A DNA stretch of 60,000 nucleotides from Laetmonice hystrix (Eukaryota), in assembly GCA_965235115.1 (NCBI GenBank), contig OZ249436.1, positions 32,986,001-33,046,000 of the forward strand, written 5' to 3'. The translations under genes and the position numbers were made by a program. Positions within the stretch are counted from its first letter, which is position 1, and every line of letters starts with the position of its first letter. This document shows positions 13,487 to 26,160 of this stretch, piece after piece. A model generated the notes under the pieces. It made no database searches. It was not told the origin of the DNA and was given only the letters and a program-made list of their open reading frames with translations.

Positions 13487-15048
13487 TAAACGTGACCCAT
13501 GCAGATAGAACAGGTGAGTGTGGGCCCCGTTCTCTTGATTTAAACATGAACCATGCAGATAGAACAGGTGGGCCTCGTTCTCTTGATTTAAACATGAACC
13601 ATACAGATAGAACAGGTGAGTGTGGGCCCCGTTCTCTTGATTTAAACATGAACCATGAAGATAGAACAGGTGAGTGTGGGCCCCGTTCTCTTGATTTAAA
13701 CATGAACCATGTAGATCGAACAGGTGAGTGTGGGCCCCGTTCCCTTGATTTAAACATGAACCATGCAGATAGAACAGGTGAGTGTGAGCCCCGTTCTCTT
13801 GATTTAAACATGACCCATGCAGATAGAACAGGTGAGTGTGGGCCCCGTTCTCTTGATTTAAACATGAACCATGCAGATAGAACAGGTGAGTGTGGGCCCC
13901 GTTCCCTTGATTTAAACATGAACCATGCAGATAGAACAGGTGAGTGTGGGCCCCGTTCCCTTGATTTAAACATGAACCATGCAGATAGAACAGGTGAGTG
14001 TGAGCCCCGTTCTCTTGATTTAAACATGAACCATGCAGATAGAACAGGTGAGTGTGGGCCTCGTTCTCTTGATTTAAACATGAACCATGCAGATAGAACA
14101 GGTGAGTGTGAGCCCCGTTCTCTTGATTTAAACATGAACCATGAAGATAGAACAGGTGAGTGTGGGCCCCGTTCTCTTGATTTAAACATGAACCATGCAG
14201 ATAGAACAGGTGAGTGTGAGCCCCGTTCTCTTGATTTAAACATGACCCATGCAGATAGAACAGGTGAGTGTGAGCCCCGTTCTCTTGATTTAAACATGAA
14301 CCATGCAGATAGAACAGGTGAGTGTGAGCCCCGTTCTCTTGATTTAAACATGACCCATGCAGATAGAACAGGTGAGTGTGGGCCCCGTTCTCTTGATTTA
14401 AACATGAACCATGCAGATAGAACAGGTGAGTGTGGGCCCCATTCTCTTGATTTAAACATGACCCATGCAGATAGAACAGGTGAGTGTGGGCCCCGTTCTC
14501 TTGATTTAAACATGAACCATGCAGATAGAACAGGTGAGTGTGGGCCCCGTTCTCTTGATTTAAACATGAACCATGCAGATAGAACAGGTGAGTGTGGGCC
14601 CCGTTCTCTTGATTTAAACATGAACCATGCAGATAGAACAGGTGAGTGTGGGCCCCGTTCCCTTGATTTAAACATGAACCATGCAGATAGAACAGGTGAG
14701 TGTGGGCCCCATTCTCTTGATTTAAACATGACCCATGCAGATAGAACAGGTGAGTGTGGGCCCCGTTCTCTTGATTTAAACATGAACCATGCAGATAGAA
14801 CAGGTGAGTGTGGGCCCCGTTCTCTTGATTTAAACATGAACCATGCAGATAGAACAGGTGAGTGTGGGCCCCATTCTCTTGATTTAAACATGAACCATGC
14901 AGATAGAACAGGTGAGTGTGGGCCCCGTTCTCTTGATTTAAACATGAACCATGCAGATAGAACAGGTGAGTGTGGGCCCCGTTCTCTTGATTTAAACATG
15001 AACCATGCAGATAGAACAGGTGAGTGTGGGCCCCGTTCTCTTGATTTA
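13487..15048. repeat. 54-bp minisatellite, ~29 copies
   Basis: Unit TAAACATGAACCATGCAGATAGAACAGGTGAGTGTGGGCCCCGTTCTCTTGATT. Near-identical copies, one with a 6-bp deletion. Explains the 523-646 aa ORFs. Confidence 0.98.
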
Positions 15049-15685
15049 CATTCATTAACCTGGTAACGTTTCCAAGAATGCTACGATTGATGCTTTTTTG
15101 AAAATAGGATTTCATTGTATGGCATTGCACCTTTTCCAATAGAAAAAAAATCCCAAGTAATATCTGGACTCCTTGAAACCCTTCCATGGTCCATATCGGG
15201 GCTCAAAGTCCACAGGTCAATACTCCCCGAAGGGCAATAATTATACTGATCTTTTTTTTTCTTTACCCCAACCCGTAAATTTCCAACATATGGCTGACAA
15301 GTTTATGGTACTTTACACACAGAGGCCGTCGGGGAATCCACCTGTCAACCGGGCCAAAATCAACTAATCAAAACAACACAAAACCAAGTTGCCTCCCCGA
15401 TCTGAGAATAACAGATGTTTATCGGTACCACCTAGTATTACACCAATATATTACAGCTTGCCATTGTTCGGAGGACACCGCTTGACCTGACCGTATTATA
15501 AGGGTTGATGGCCGGTGATTGAAACACATCCACACAATAGAGTAAAATAATGAACCGAAGTGACCTGGCAAAGGTGACCAAACTTTTATAGTAATAGTAG
15601 TACGCCGACGCAGAGTCAATTGCAGCCACATTTAGGCCTAATTCATTACAATCGTACTACGACTCCATCGATATATCAACATCAG

Positions 15686-15852
15686 GCCCCAGTTTCAAGA
15701 AAGTGGTTCAGTTAACTAAGTTGGTTAAAATGAATTTTAACCAGAAATTAACCAATCAGGAAACAGAGAATTAACCAATTTTGGTTAAAGTCAGAGTTAA
15801 CCACGATTTAACAAACTTAGTTAACTTAACAAATTTCTTGAAACCGGGGCCC
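15686..15852. mobile_element. Short palindromic MITE (PIF/Harbinger-related, CWG flanks)
   Basis: CAG|GCCCCAGTTTCAAGAAAGTGGTTCAGTTAACTAAGTTGGTTAAA ... TTTAACAAACTTAGTTAACTTAACAAATTTCTTGAAACCGGGGCCC|CTG. Confidence 0.8.
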
Positions 15853-15908
15853 CTGCACTGCCCCCCCCCCCCCCCGAAGTTTTTTAAATTATTGAAACAG
15901 GTACTTAC

Positions 15909-16328
15909 GTATGATATCATAGGGAGGTTCCACGCCGCTGCAACTCTTGCCTCCACATCACAACTGTCTTCTGGGCCAAAAAATGCAATTGCCCCTTTGG
16001 CCCACATCGAGGTCAACAATCTAGTACCATTTAACGTATCTGCGTTTGTATCTCCCCAAATGAACTTGAGCTTATGACCTTTTAGTATTTTCGGGGATTT
16101 GTTGATCTTATTAATGGCTAAGGTCATGGCACCGGAAATTATCCTCCCTTGTTTGAGTTTGACAAACTTGGCCGTGCGATCCGCAGCCAGGTATCCCACG
16201 GTGAATTCGTCGCCTCTCACGCCGGACGTATTCGCCGTGACCACCAACACGTACAAGGCCAGGACAAGGACCCGGTAGGATGGACCGACTAGGTGCCCTG
16301 CTACCGCCGCCTGCTCCTCACAAGACAT
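15909..16328 (-). CDS. Gyc32E: First coding exon of a receptor-type (membrane) guanylyl cyclase, Gyc32E / ANP-receptor family: signal peptide plus start of the ANF_receptor ligand-binding domain
   Basis: ATG at 16328 (MSCEEQ...), hydrophobic leader RVLVLALYVLVVTA, then FTVGYL...GRIISGAMTLAINKIN...LKGHKLKFIWGDT...AFFGPEDSCDVEARVAAAWNLPMISY. The 420-nt frame ends at a consensus donor TAC|GTAAGT (plus-strand gtacttac 15901-15908). Later exons were not found in the window, so orthology to Gyc32E is by motif resemblance only. Confidence 0.88.
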
Positions 16329-17094
16329 GCTTCCAGCATTATTCACAAACTTTTTTTAAACAGTCGCAGACACATCCGTGGCGTGTGTTATAAAGCTAAG
16401 TCCTTCCCGCGATTTCCTTTTTTAAGCCGCGATCGTGTTATATCCAAAGGGTGGAAGATCCGCGGAGGCGATGGAGCGTGGTTTCTCTGGCACGTTCTTT
16501 GACACTGGCGCTGCCATCAAGTCGATGCTGTTCTGCCTGAAGGCGCGTCGGTTAGCGCAACCCAACCGGCATGCGCAGTTGATATTGCCGTATTGATTCC
16601 CGCCAACGCCTGTGGTAGACGGTGGCTCCTCCACCCGCGCCTGCAGAGGATCACTGCACCGGGTTATCGGGACGTGCATAAACTCGGAGGTGTACGCAGA
16701 AACTGGATTTTTTTTCTTCAATGGGAAATACAGTACACAATGAAACTGTCAATCTGTAAACACGATGCCTACTGCTGTAGAAGAGTAGTCCCAGAAACGT
16801 GTGACGTGTACAGTTCCACTTCCCCACGCATACTGACAGATGATTATAGGCGACGGTTTGAACTGCCGTAACAACTGTCACCTCACTTCCTTGGGCTGTC
16901 GACGCGGCTTCAGGGGCTGTGGTTTCCTTGAATGATATTGGCCGGATCCTTGGAGAGATTGACGTTGAGTTCATACACGTTTGGATAATGAAAGCGGGAA
17001 GCCAAAAGCGTCTTGTTATCGTTAAATCATGAAAGCGTAAATCTGTCCGTCAAAATAATCCGCATTCTCTCGATGGTATCCAGCGGTCCATCTC
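16329..17094 (-). other. Probable 5' UTR part of the guanylyl cyclase exon
   Basis: Minus-strand acceptor with pyrimidine tract (GTTTTTGTTTTTCATCATTGCAG|GAG; AG at 17096-17095). An in-frame TAA about 30 nt upstream of the ATG precludes N-terminal extension. Confidence 0.4.
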
Positions 17095-19799
17095 CTGCAA
17101 TGATGAAAAACAAAAACATCCCATTAACAACAAGAAAGAAAAAAATAGCTGAATAGTAAAAGGCAGTCCAATGCTGAATATATGGATGAGCTCCCAACCT
17201 TCTACTGCCACATGCCGGCTATATGTCTGCAGTAGCCTCAAAGTGGCGGAATCACCTCTACATTGTGCATTCTAGAATATCATATTCTAGAAACAGCCGT
17301 TTCTAATTCTGACCGAAAAGTAATGGGCACCTCCACTTACATCAGATTCTGACGGAGTGGGGCTACACATTAGATGTCACCGCCATATTACCAAGAGGGA
17401 ATTAGAAGGTTTAAAAGTAATAGGTACTCGCTCGCTCTATTTTCTTCCTCTCATAAAACTTGCTGATTAGATCCAGTCTCCAGACAACATCCTTTCCCAG
17501 CCTGCTTTCTAAAGTCATTAACAACATGTGACAGACAGCAAATCACGGCCACGTTCATAAAAAAAATTCCTTCTTTTAATATAGCGAGCATGATGGATCG
17601 CGCCGCTATAATAAGCTCACGCTATTTGCCGTTCGTTCCTCACGCCCCGAAAGCAGTAGTATCCTACCTGTTGCAATGATTGCTCTAAATTAGCGACATC
17701 CTAGCTTATACCCACTCCTGGCAAATGAGGCGTACTCATTTGACGACGACGTCGTCGCATTGTTGCGTGTTTCGGCGTCAATTTTCTGCACACGCGACCA
17801 ATTCTTCGCCGGTTGATTCGAACGACGGCCTACAGCGACCTCTAGCGACAACGAATAATCTCCTTCGTGTGCGCCAGGACCGTAGCCAATGACAACACCC
17901 TGAGTTGCGACAGCCTTTCTCGTCCCTCATAGTGTTCTCCCATCAAAAATGAAGAATGACACCACTACATATAAGAGTGAGGTGAGAATATATTAGTTTC
18001 AGGTGTAATTTGGAAACTGATTGCCAGCGTTCGCCCAGCGTATACATTTCCCCCTGCCCAATTTGGGAGGCATTTTGCGTCGCATGAGGTGTGCCCGCGG
18101 AAGTTCATCGTCAGCAGGTATCCTGGTCCGGTTACGTCTATAGCCTCCAGTAAACAGCACGGGCAACTGCGCATGTCCCGCAGAGAACTCGGAATCCGTC
18201 CATGCCCCGGCGTGGCATTTGGTTGTTACATATTCATTGTGGACGAAACCTTTCCCCCTTGTGAGACTGCAACACCAAGAGACCGCCGGCCAATTCCTGA
18301 TCGAGTTCCTGTACTCATCGCTCTCCCCAGCAGTCACAAATCCCAACGTTTTCTTCAATCTTACATCTATCAGACAAGGCACTTCTCGACTGCATCTTCA
18401 TAAGACCGTCGCTAAAATTGGCCTTTAATAAAAGTTCAATTTTCTCGCAGGTAATATCACACTTAATTAATTGAACTACTCCTGTAGCTGTTACAGCCAC
18501 GTGGGTTCGACAAACCAGTAGTCAACACAAAGTGAAAGTTCTCAAACGAGCTCGTTTTATTTGTAGGCCTACATGTAGAGGCTAATTTGAGAAACATCTG
18601 TTGTTTATATTAGGAAATAAGAACAGCTTCCACGACATATGCTTGTATCCTTCCATACCAAATGCTACAGGTGTAATTTTGAATCTGGGCTCTCGTTATA
18701 TACAGCGGAATTAGTGAAGAACTAAAACAAATGGTACCGTATAACGATTGTTCCGTTTCCATTTTCCGTTTCCATTTGCAGGCAGGTAACGTACGGTATT
18801 GGGTCCTTTGTCCAAAACATGCCTGCTCAGATATAGATCTTTATTCCTGATCTAAATAAAGCCGTTTGGGTTGGCTGGTAATTACTACCAGTCTCTTTAA
18901 CTGAAGCCACGTTAGAAGGCTCTCCGAGTAGATTAGTCTATTTCGTAAATCATCGTACGAGATGAAGCACGTTGTGTAATGGTTCTGTGCAACATAAAGG
19001 AAGGCACTAACAACGTCCCATTTTACCGAATCTGCCCCTAGAACTCAATGCAGCGCTCTCCCGGCAGAGGGATGGGTCGTATTTGCATGAGAGAGAGACA
19101 GAAAGCGAAGAACTGTTCTTTATACATACGACGGCTTTAGAGCTAACGGGTCCTCCTTAAGTATCCGCCTTTGAATTTGCAATGCTGGATGTCTTTGAGA
19201 TAAAGGACTTCGCAAGCATGGGTATGCACGTCATGCCTCCTACATGGTATACGCATGCGTGCACTACAGTAAAACCTCCATAAGGAAGTACCTCCAGAAA
19301 CTTGCTTGAGTGTTTCTCAACACGTTAAAAGGAAACAGATCTCTCGAACTGATCTTACTGCCAAGAATATTTTGCTTGTGTTTTCATTCCTCTCAACATC
19401 TCATCCTAGGAAGATCATCAGTTATTTCTTATCTTCTGACTCTTGTGAATTGTCTTTCAACATAATATTGTTATTATCATAAAAGGCAACGAACCGTTTT
19501 CTATGAGTTTAACTGCCGGATTTCTTTAAGACTTTTTCTGCTGCGGCCCCCCACCTCTCAGCACGAAGAGAAACAGGCCCTTTCAATATCGAATGCTACT
19601 ACAAATATACATTTGCATTGTCCTATCGCTTTACAGCTATGATATCCAGTGGGGAAACATGAGACTTAGGTGTTGTTCAGTACTGAGGTAGAATGTATTC
19701 CTAAATACCAACACCGATCAATACAATCGGCGTTCTATGTATACGATCTGAATGGTTTCCATCGTACTTTGTATCGGTAATCTACTGGCTGAGGCCGAC

Positions 19800-20260
19800 C
19801 ATGCAGCCCAGCCTCCTGGAGCCTTGGCTCCCAGACGGCCGAGCTTTTAGCTGCATGCAGATATCCCGGCCACCCTGTCGTTATAATGATGCCTCTCCGT
19901 GAAGGCATTCCAGAAGGGTCGATGTTTCCGAGAGATCCTTTTTTATACCGTTTTTACCGTCGGACCTGTCGCAGTAACATTTCAACAAGGAGACAGCCGA
20001 CTGAGCTGGCTGGGTCACATCAAAAGGGTTGTGGACGTGCTGCGGCTGAACTGCGAGGTCTGGTTCTCATCCCGGTGGATTTCGCTCCTGATTGACACCA
20101 CAACCGCAAGGCCACGGTCGTTCGTGCATGGAAGCTCCATTGGCGCCAGTTCCGTCATTATATTTCTCAAAAGATCTATAGAGATCTGAACCGCGGGTAT
20201 TGTTGAATTCAAGGGTATCTATGCAGCTGCTGCCTTCTCACAAGCTTTAATGTACGCTTT
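19800..20260 (+). pseudogene. Decayed non-LTR retrotransposon RT fragment (I/Nimb-like)
   Basis: Ordered motifs REGIPEGSM (GVPQGS), DSRLSWLGHIKRVVD (DSxLTWxxHI) and GAS...KIYRDLNR (WGA...LRIYRxLIR), with deletions and frameshifts. Confidence 0.5.
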
Positions 20261-20619
20261 GACTTGTGTCTCTTCTGTTGTAGACATATAAATCATGTTT
20301 AGGTTTCTGTACAAATATGAGTATCAACCTATCGTAATTTTGCGTTTCTATTTTATTTGTTATATTCCCTTTATTCCTTCTATATTGAACATTGTCGGAA
20401 GCTTCTATAGATCAGATTACTGGTACATTGAAGACAATGCACACGTTTTTGCCCAAATTTTCAGATTCTAAAAGTCAACCAAAACATGTAGGCCTTTCGC
20501 TATTCTGTAGATCAGCCACATTACTGCCCACTTAACTTGTCGGCCAAAGGGTTTATCACCAGAGTGGGTCACCCAGTCACAGATTGAGAAGTGCTAAATG
20601 CAGAATTAAATACAGGTCA

Positions 20620-21300
20620 AGCAGTTGGTTCATCAAGGCCAGCCTGTGTGTGAACTGTCAACCATAATGTAGGCGTCGATGACCTGTTATCAAAGGCTGT
20701 CAATCACCTTATATTATGGCTCTAATGGACCGCTAGGCGGCGTTGTTCATGTCCAATGGCGTCTGATGTCGTAACACCAAGGATAGATTTATTCTGGGGA
20801 ATTGACGGGTTTCTGGGTGTTGCGCTTGTCGACCCAACACAGGTCGATTTGTTTCGGGAGGGGGCCTTGGGAAATTGGATGCTAAATCTGGCGTTGGTAC
20901 AATGTGATGCTTAGTTGGCAGTGTCAGGGAGGTGGCAGGGGTTCCATGTCGGTCGTGTAGGGGGCGGGGGGCCGGCCCTGGTTCTTGCTGTCCTACGTTT
21001 CGTGCATGAGCGAGCGGTCAGAAAACAGTATAAGGGCCATGTCATGAGACCACTGGTATCAGTAGTTCTCAAGGGAGGCTAGGGAAGCCTAGGGAAGGAT
21101 GTGGCTGTTTGGAAACGGGCTAAACATCGTGCGTGACTACAGTGGTTCTGTCCCGTGTAAGCCTTAATAGGGGAAACAAACAGGAAAAAAGAAAGCAAAG
21201 AAAGAAGCGACGGCCCAACATGGTGAATCGACTGCAGGGTTCAGGTCGTTGAGACTAGAAGGCATGAGACATCCAATACATCACACCTCAGTGAACGTGG
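20620..21300 (-). pseudogene. Decayed Gypsy-like integrase C-terminal fragment
   Basis: LVS..*TLQS, QWSHDMALILFSDRSLMHET (cf. DWD.HL..ILFAYR.SVHE), LVLRH, and P*YKVID (GPYKVI), in the expected order. Confidence 0.35.
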
Positions 21301-22944
21301 CCTGTTCTAATTGAAAGGACATCAGCTGCATAGTGTAGGCAAGGAATAGTACGTTTTATTATCCGTCATGTAAACATCATTTCATCTAGCTCAAGTTCTT
21401 ATGATTATGAAGCAGAATAAATGCTGTATATTCAATTTCCCAGAAGGTCAATTAATGCACAGCATCATCCGACAAATGATTTCCAAACAAAGTGGGAAGT
21501 TGAAGTGTCATAAAAAAAAATCAAATAACAAATATTAATTTCAGTCGTGGCCAGCAGGTGTTTTTGTGTTTTTGTTTCAGGTGTTAGAAACAATATGTCA
21601 CCTTTTCGTGCCTTGTCTGATGGCTCGCTGCCTTCTTCAATATAACGGTACCATGCTGCTAATTAATAGATGTATACCCAGTTTTCTAAGGAACTGTCGC
21701 TACTAATTAGTTTTTGCATTTCAACATTATTGGTTTGACGTATTCACAATACAGTAGAAGGAGCCTTTATGTATTATGCATGCATGTGTCTATTATGTAT
21801 GGACGCATGCAAGTGGGAATACAGGCATGTCTAACTGTATATTCTGTAACATTCATGACATGTACATTCGTGCACGACCTGAGCGCATAGAAAAATTATA
21901 AGAAACGTGTATATAAGTGTTTGCTGTTTTTATATAAAAACGGCAATGGCAATAAAGATGTACATTAACAGTTATCTGTACGAGAACAATGTGGCTTTGG
22001 ACAGGCGCTGATGAAGAAGACGCACAAAAGATCCCTGATGCCATTTCGATGCTAACAGTGATCTTTGTGCGGCGCCCGCCTGTCGCTGAAGAGGTGCGCG
22101 CCATAAAAGTGATCATGCACACCAAGAGTGGTGGAGGTTTTGTGAAGGCACCTCGAGTGATATGTGCTCAAAGATATATTCCCATTATAAGTAATGGAAT
22201 TTGGTAGCAACATTGTTTTAGGCCTGCAGTCTTATTTGTTATGGTACAACATCCATAATAAACTGTCTTTAAGAAAAGCCCCTTTAAGACTTTCTTGAAC
22301 ACTGAATGTTCCTTCGACGACGGCAGTCTGCTGGAGGAAGAGCAGCTCTGCATGTCACTGTCATGCCTTATCACATGTCTTATAGGTTTGAACAATGGTG
22401 TTTGGTGAGCTACCGTGTGTTAAGCCTAGCTTTGAGCTCTCTCGCAGCTTTGCATCTTTCGCAGACACTTTCTTGTGGATCACCAGCTAGTTCACCCCCC
22501 AACACCACCAGATTCAAGATGCATGAACAGTTTATTATCACGTTATCAGTAGCGGCAGCCATATTAGATTTATGCAAATTAAGCATACTTCCACCACATA
22601 GATATTTCTATAGACTTTTAGTATGTTCTTCTAGGGAACTCTCTGAAATGCATTCCCGTGAAAAAATTCTGTTTCAATTTGAGGGTTAACCCCTACTGTG
22701 GAACTCAATTATGTCGCTCCAAAACAAAATGTCTCTTAGATTGAATTTATGCAAATGAGGGCATGACCTCATTATAATAAAAAATAGTTAGAATCGCTTC
22801 CCATTGCCTGGAAATACCATTTGTTATTTAAATCGCATTAAAATGGTATCTAGTAATGGAGATATAACAGGAGTGTCGGAGGCTACTGGTAGTTGGGGGG
22901 GGGGGGGGTATAGGTATTCTTAAATGCCTTCAGTCTTTGTATAA

Positions 22945-23560
22945 AACATAAATAAATAAATAAATAAATAAAAGACATTAAAGGTGACAAACTTATGCAG
23001 TCCAGGCGTTGACGACTAAAGAATAGCCCGATATTTGCCAGGAAATTACCCTGACATGACTCCTGATGTCAGACCGCGTCAAAACACAGGATACTCGAGT
23101 CGTGCGTTCCCGCAGACGGTACCAGCTATCGGTCAGAAAAGAAAGCCTGGTGGCATTATTCTGACCAGAGTTGGACGACTGGAATCTCTCTCGTCGCCTG
23201 CGCCACGCCAGCCAGGATCTTGAACAAGTCTTGAGTGTGCGAGTCAATACTTGTTCGGACCGGGGCTTAATTATGAGAGAAGCCGGGCAGGCAGTCGATA
23301 GGTGACTGTCCGACGACGCGGTCGGCTCCGGGATCAGGTCTCAGTGGACGGAGGCCGGGGCGGTCAACCTGTGGATAGTGGTTGAGATGTAAACATGGCA
23401 CCGCGCCACCGTCGACAATTTCACAAGTTGCAGCGCAACGTTTCTGTCGCGTGATGGAAGTCGGGAGCGAGACTAGGCAGCAATTACTGTTTGATGCCGG
23501 CTAAGTGGACTCCGATCTCCTGGGGATATATCAGTTGGTGGACCGCTGTCACCATGCACA
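22945..23560 (-). pseudogene. Decayed CR1/L2-like LINE 3' end with (TTTA)n tail
   Basis: DLFKILAG, FFSDR and a WNA-like block, followed by a (TTTA)n repeat at 22948-22972. Confidence 0.35.
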
Positions 23561-25490
23561 CACAGCCCGGCACGATGTCCGCGGAAAAAAACTTAATGAG
23601 GGTGTTTCTTGGAGTCTGGGTGCGTGGAACAGGTAGTGGCTTGGATAGGGGAAATGTCCCTCACAGCAAGAGGTATTATCATGACAGGGATTTAAGTATA
23701 GACCTATATGACGACTCTAATGCCGCAATTAAAGAACATATGAGGCCTAATGGACTCGAACAGAAAATTGGTAAATCTTTTTAAAAGAAGGTGCAGCTGG
23801 TCTACAATAAAGTTTCTGAGATTGTGTGCCCTAGTTGTCCTCAAATCTGGTAGCCCTATATTGACTCCATGCACTCAATTAGACTGATGCGTTTGCACCT
23901 TATCCCCTTTCCTTTCCAAATTGAAAGTCAATCTGTGAAAGTTTGTTCCTCCCTTTAGGCATGCCCAACGCCAAGGAGCACACATGACTTGTTTGTTAGA
24001 AAACGAAGAGTAAGAGTTTGTACAAATCAGACCTGTGATGGCATTGCTTAACTGTCCGACGTCGTGTTCTAAAAAAAAGTTTGACGGCAATTGGCTGATT
24101 GCTAGTTTCGCTCAATAATTGACATGCCCACTTCATAGTTGGTGACAACATGCCAAATAATGAACCTCCAGACTACCAGTTAAAGGTAGTACGTCACGCC
24201 GTCAAATAAACAAAATGTGTCAATACTTACTTCTGAATCAGATCAATTGAGGCATTTCTTCGGACTTGAAACAAACACATTTCTTCCTTTTTAATCTACT
24301 ATATTATTTTAATTGTGATATATTGATTTTTACCCCAGGATACCTCGTTTTTATAATGACGTGAACTAATCGCGCAATACTTCACGAAATGTGCAGTGGG
24401 GTAGATCGAGTGTTTGTGTCAGTAGAGAGAACATTTACCATCACCTCAGCAGAGAATACTACACTGAACGTACAGGTGATGACATGTCGAAGCAGCTGGT
24501 CTGCAGGAAGATTTATTCTCACTCAGGAGCAGCCTGACCTAATCTTATAGCTTTCGACGTAAACATCAGGCCCGCTAGAGTCAAAAAAGTTGTTGAATGA
24601 TACTTTTGCGTCTATTGTGTATCGGGACAAAAAGAACACCCTTTGGCTTGACTCCATGCATGGTCATCACTCAAAGTGTAAATGCTTCCAAGTCGGACAT
24701 GATGCAAAGTGCATTATTAAACAAGCAATTTCCTGCGAGGCCCTACTCTTACTCCTGCAATAGATGGGTATGCACGGTCTGTATAGGACTAACAATATGT
24801 TAGTACTGGAGACAGTGTAATCCCCCCTCCCACCGTGAGAACTTACAGGTGAGAGTTACAATTAAAAAACAAAACTAGACCTCCAGATTGCAGGCAATCA
24901 GGTATCCCGTCCCTTTATGAATGTATCTAGAAAGGCTGTGTAAGGCATGAAAGAAAGTCAACCATACCAGTAATGAATGTAGGGTACCAAGAGAAAGATT
25001 ACCACTAAGCCACTTGTACACAGAAAGATTTCTTGGAGTCTTGCTGTAAATGAAAATGGCCATAGTAGCAATGAACTACGCCATTAGTATATGTCATACA
25101 GGGGCTAAGAAAAGGCTCAGAAAAGACGCCTAGGCGCAGAGAATTATGCCATAATAATTATTATAATATATCACTGAGATTCAGTCTGCTTCCTGATTAG
25201 ATGTAAAATAGACACATTTAAAAATCACGTGACTCAGCCATGTTACATCATATGGCATAAAGGCTGTCACCAATTGAAGAATTCCACTCTAAAATAGGTA
25301 TACCAAATTTGAGGAAGATTTTTCAAAAACTGGGGAAGGAGACATATTTTGACTGTTTTCTACATTGCGACCTGTTTGTCATATCATGTCATGTCATGGT
25401 CATGATACCCTCCAAGTTTTATTAAGATATCCAACACTGAGAGGGATATTCACCTAGATTGTCCGCGGTAGAAAATTAAAAAAAAAAATT

Positions 25491-25558
25491 CTTGTGTGGG
25501 ATTCGAACCCAAGACCCTTAAGATGAAATTCTTACACTCTACCACTGAGCCATCCATC
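25491..25558 (-). pseudogene. tRNA-derived sequence with Pol III A/B boxes inside Helentron A
   Basis: A box TGGCTCAGTGG (25552-25542), B box GGTTCGAATCC (25509-25499), D and T arms pair, acceptor stem does not pair, T11 run follows. Confidence 0.7.
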
Positions 25559-26160
25559 CACGTGAGTAAGTGTCAGAGTGTTGCTGTAAATGAATGACCA
25601 TAGCGGTAAAGAACTATTACGTCATACCACGGTTACGTCATGGCAGGCTTATAAAAGGAGGCCTAGTGGAAGAGAATTATGCCATAAACATTAGATATGA
25701 CAGAGATTCAGTCAACTTTCTGATCAGACGGAAAATAGACAAACTTCGAAATCACGTGACTCAGCCATATGACGTCAGATCAAAATAATTTGCCGTAACT
25801 TTGTAAAGCCCACTACATGGAGAATATTATGTAGCCATTTATTTTTTGTTTTATTAAGAAACAAAGCACCTTAATACTTTTGACTGTTTTCTACATTGTT
25901 ACGTATATCTGAATTAGGTCAAAGGTCAAAGGTCAAATGTATGGGGCAAATGATAGAGTTACTAGTGTTGAGTAAGTTGGCATGAATAACTTTTGTCTAT
26001 CTCTGCCCGTAGGTGTACCACGTGACACCAAAGTTGCTGTGTTTATGACGTCATAAAATCATGTCATATTATGATGAATCATTCCTGCAAGTTTCACCCA
26101 GATATCTTGAAAAGTGAGCGAGATATTTCCCTATATTTCCCATAGGTTAACTACGACAAT

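Noticed and set aside
13225..15187. 613, 646 and 523 aa ORFs as protein-coding genes
   Set aside because: They are translations of a 54-bp (multiple of 3) tandem repeat, open on both strands, with no domain signal.
15771..15908. C-terminal part of the 191-aa ORF (VSTCF...KIG)
   Set aside because: Read-through past the GTAAGT donor into intron and MITE sequence.
25491..25558. Second functional tRNA gene
   Set aside because: The acceptor stem does not pair and the anticodon loop is 6 nt; kept only as a tRNA-derived cassette.
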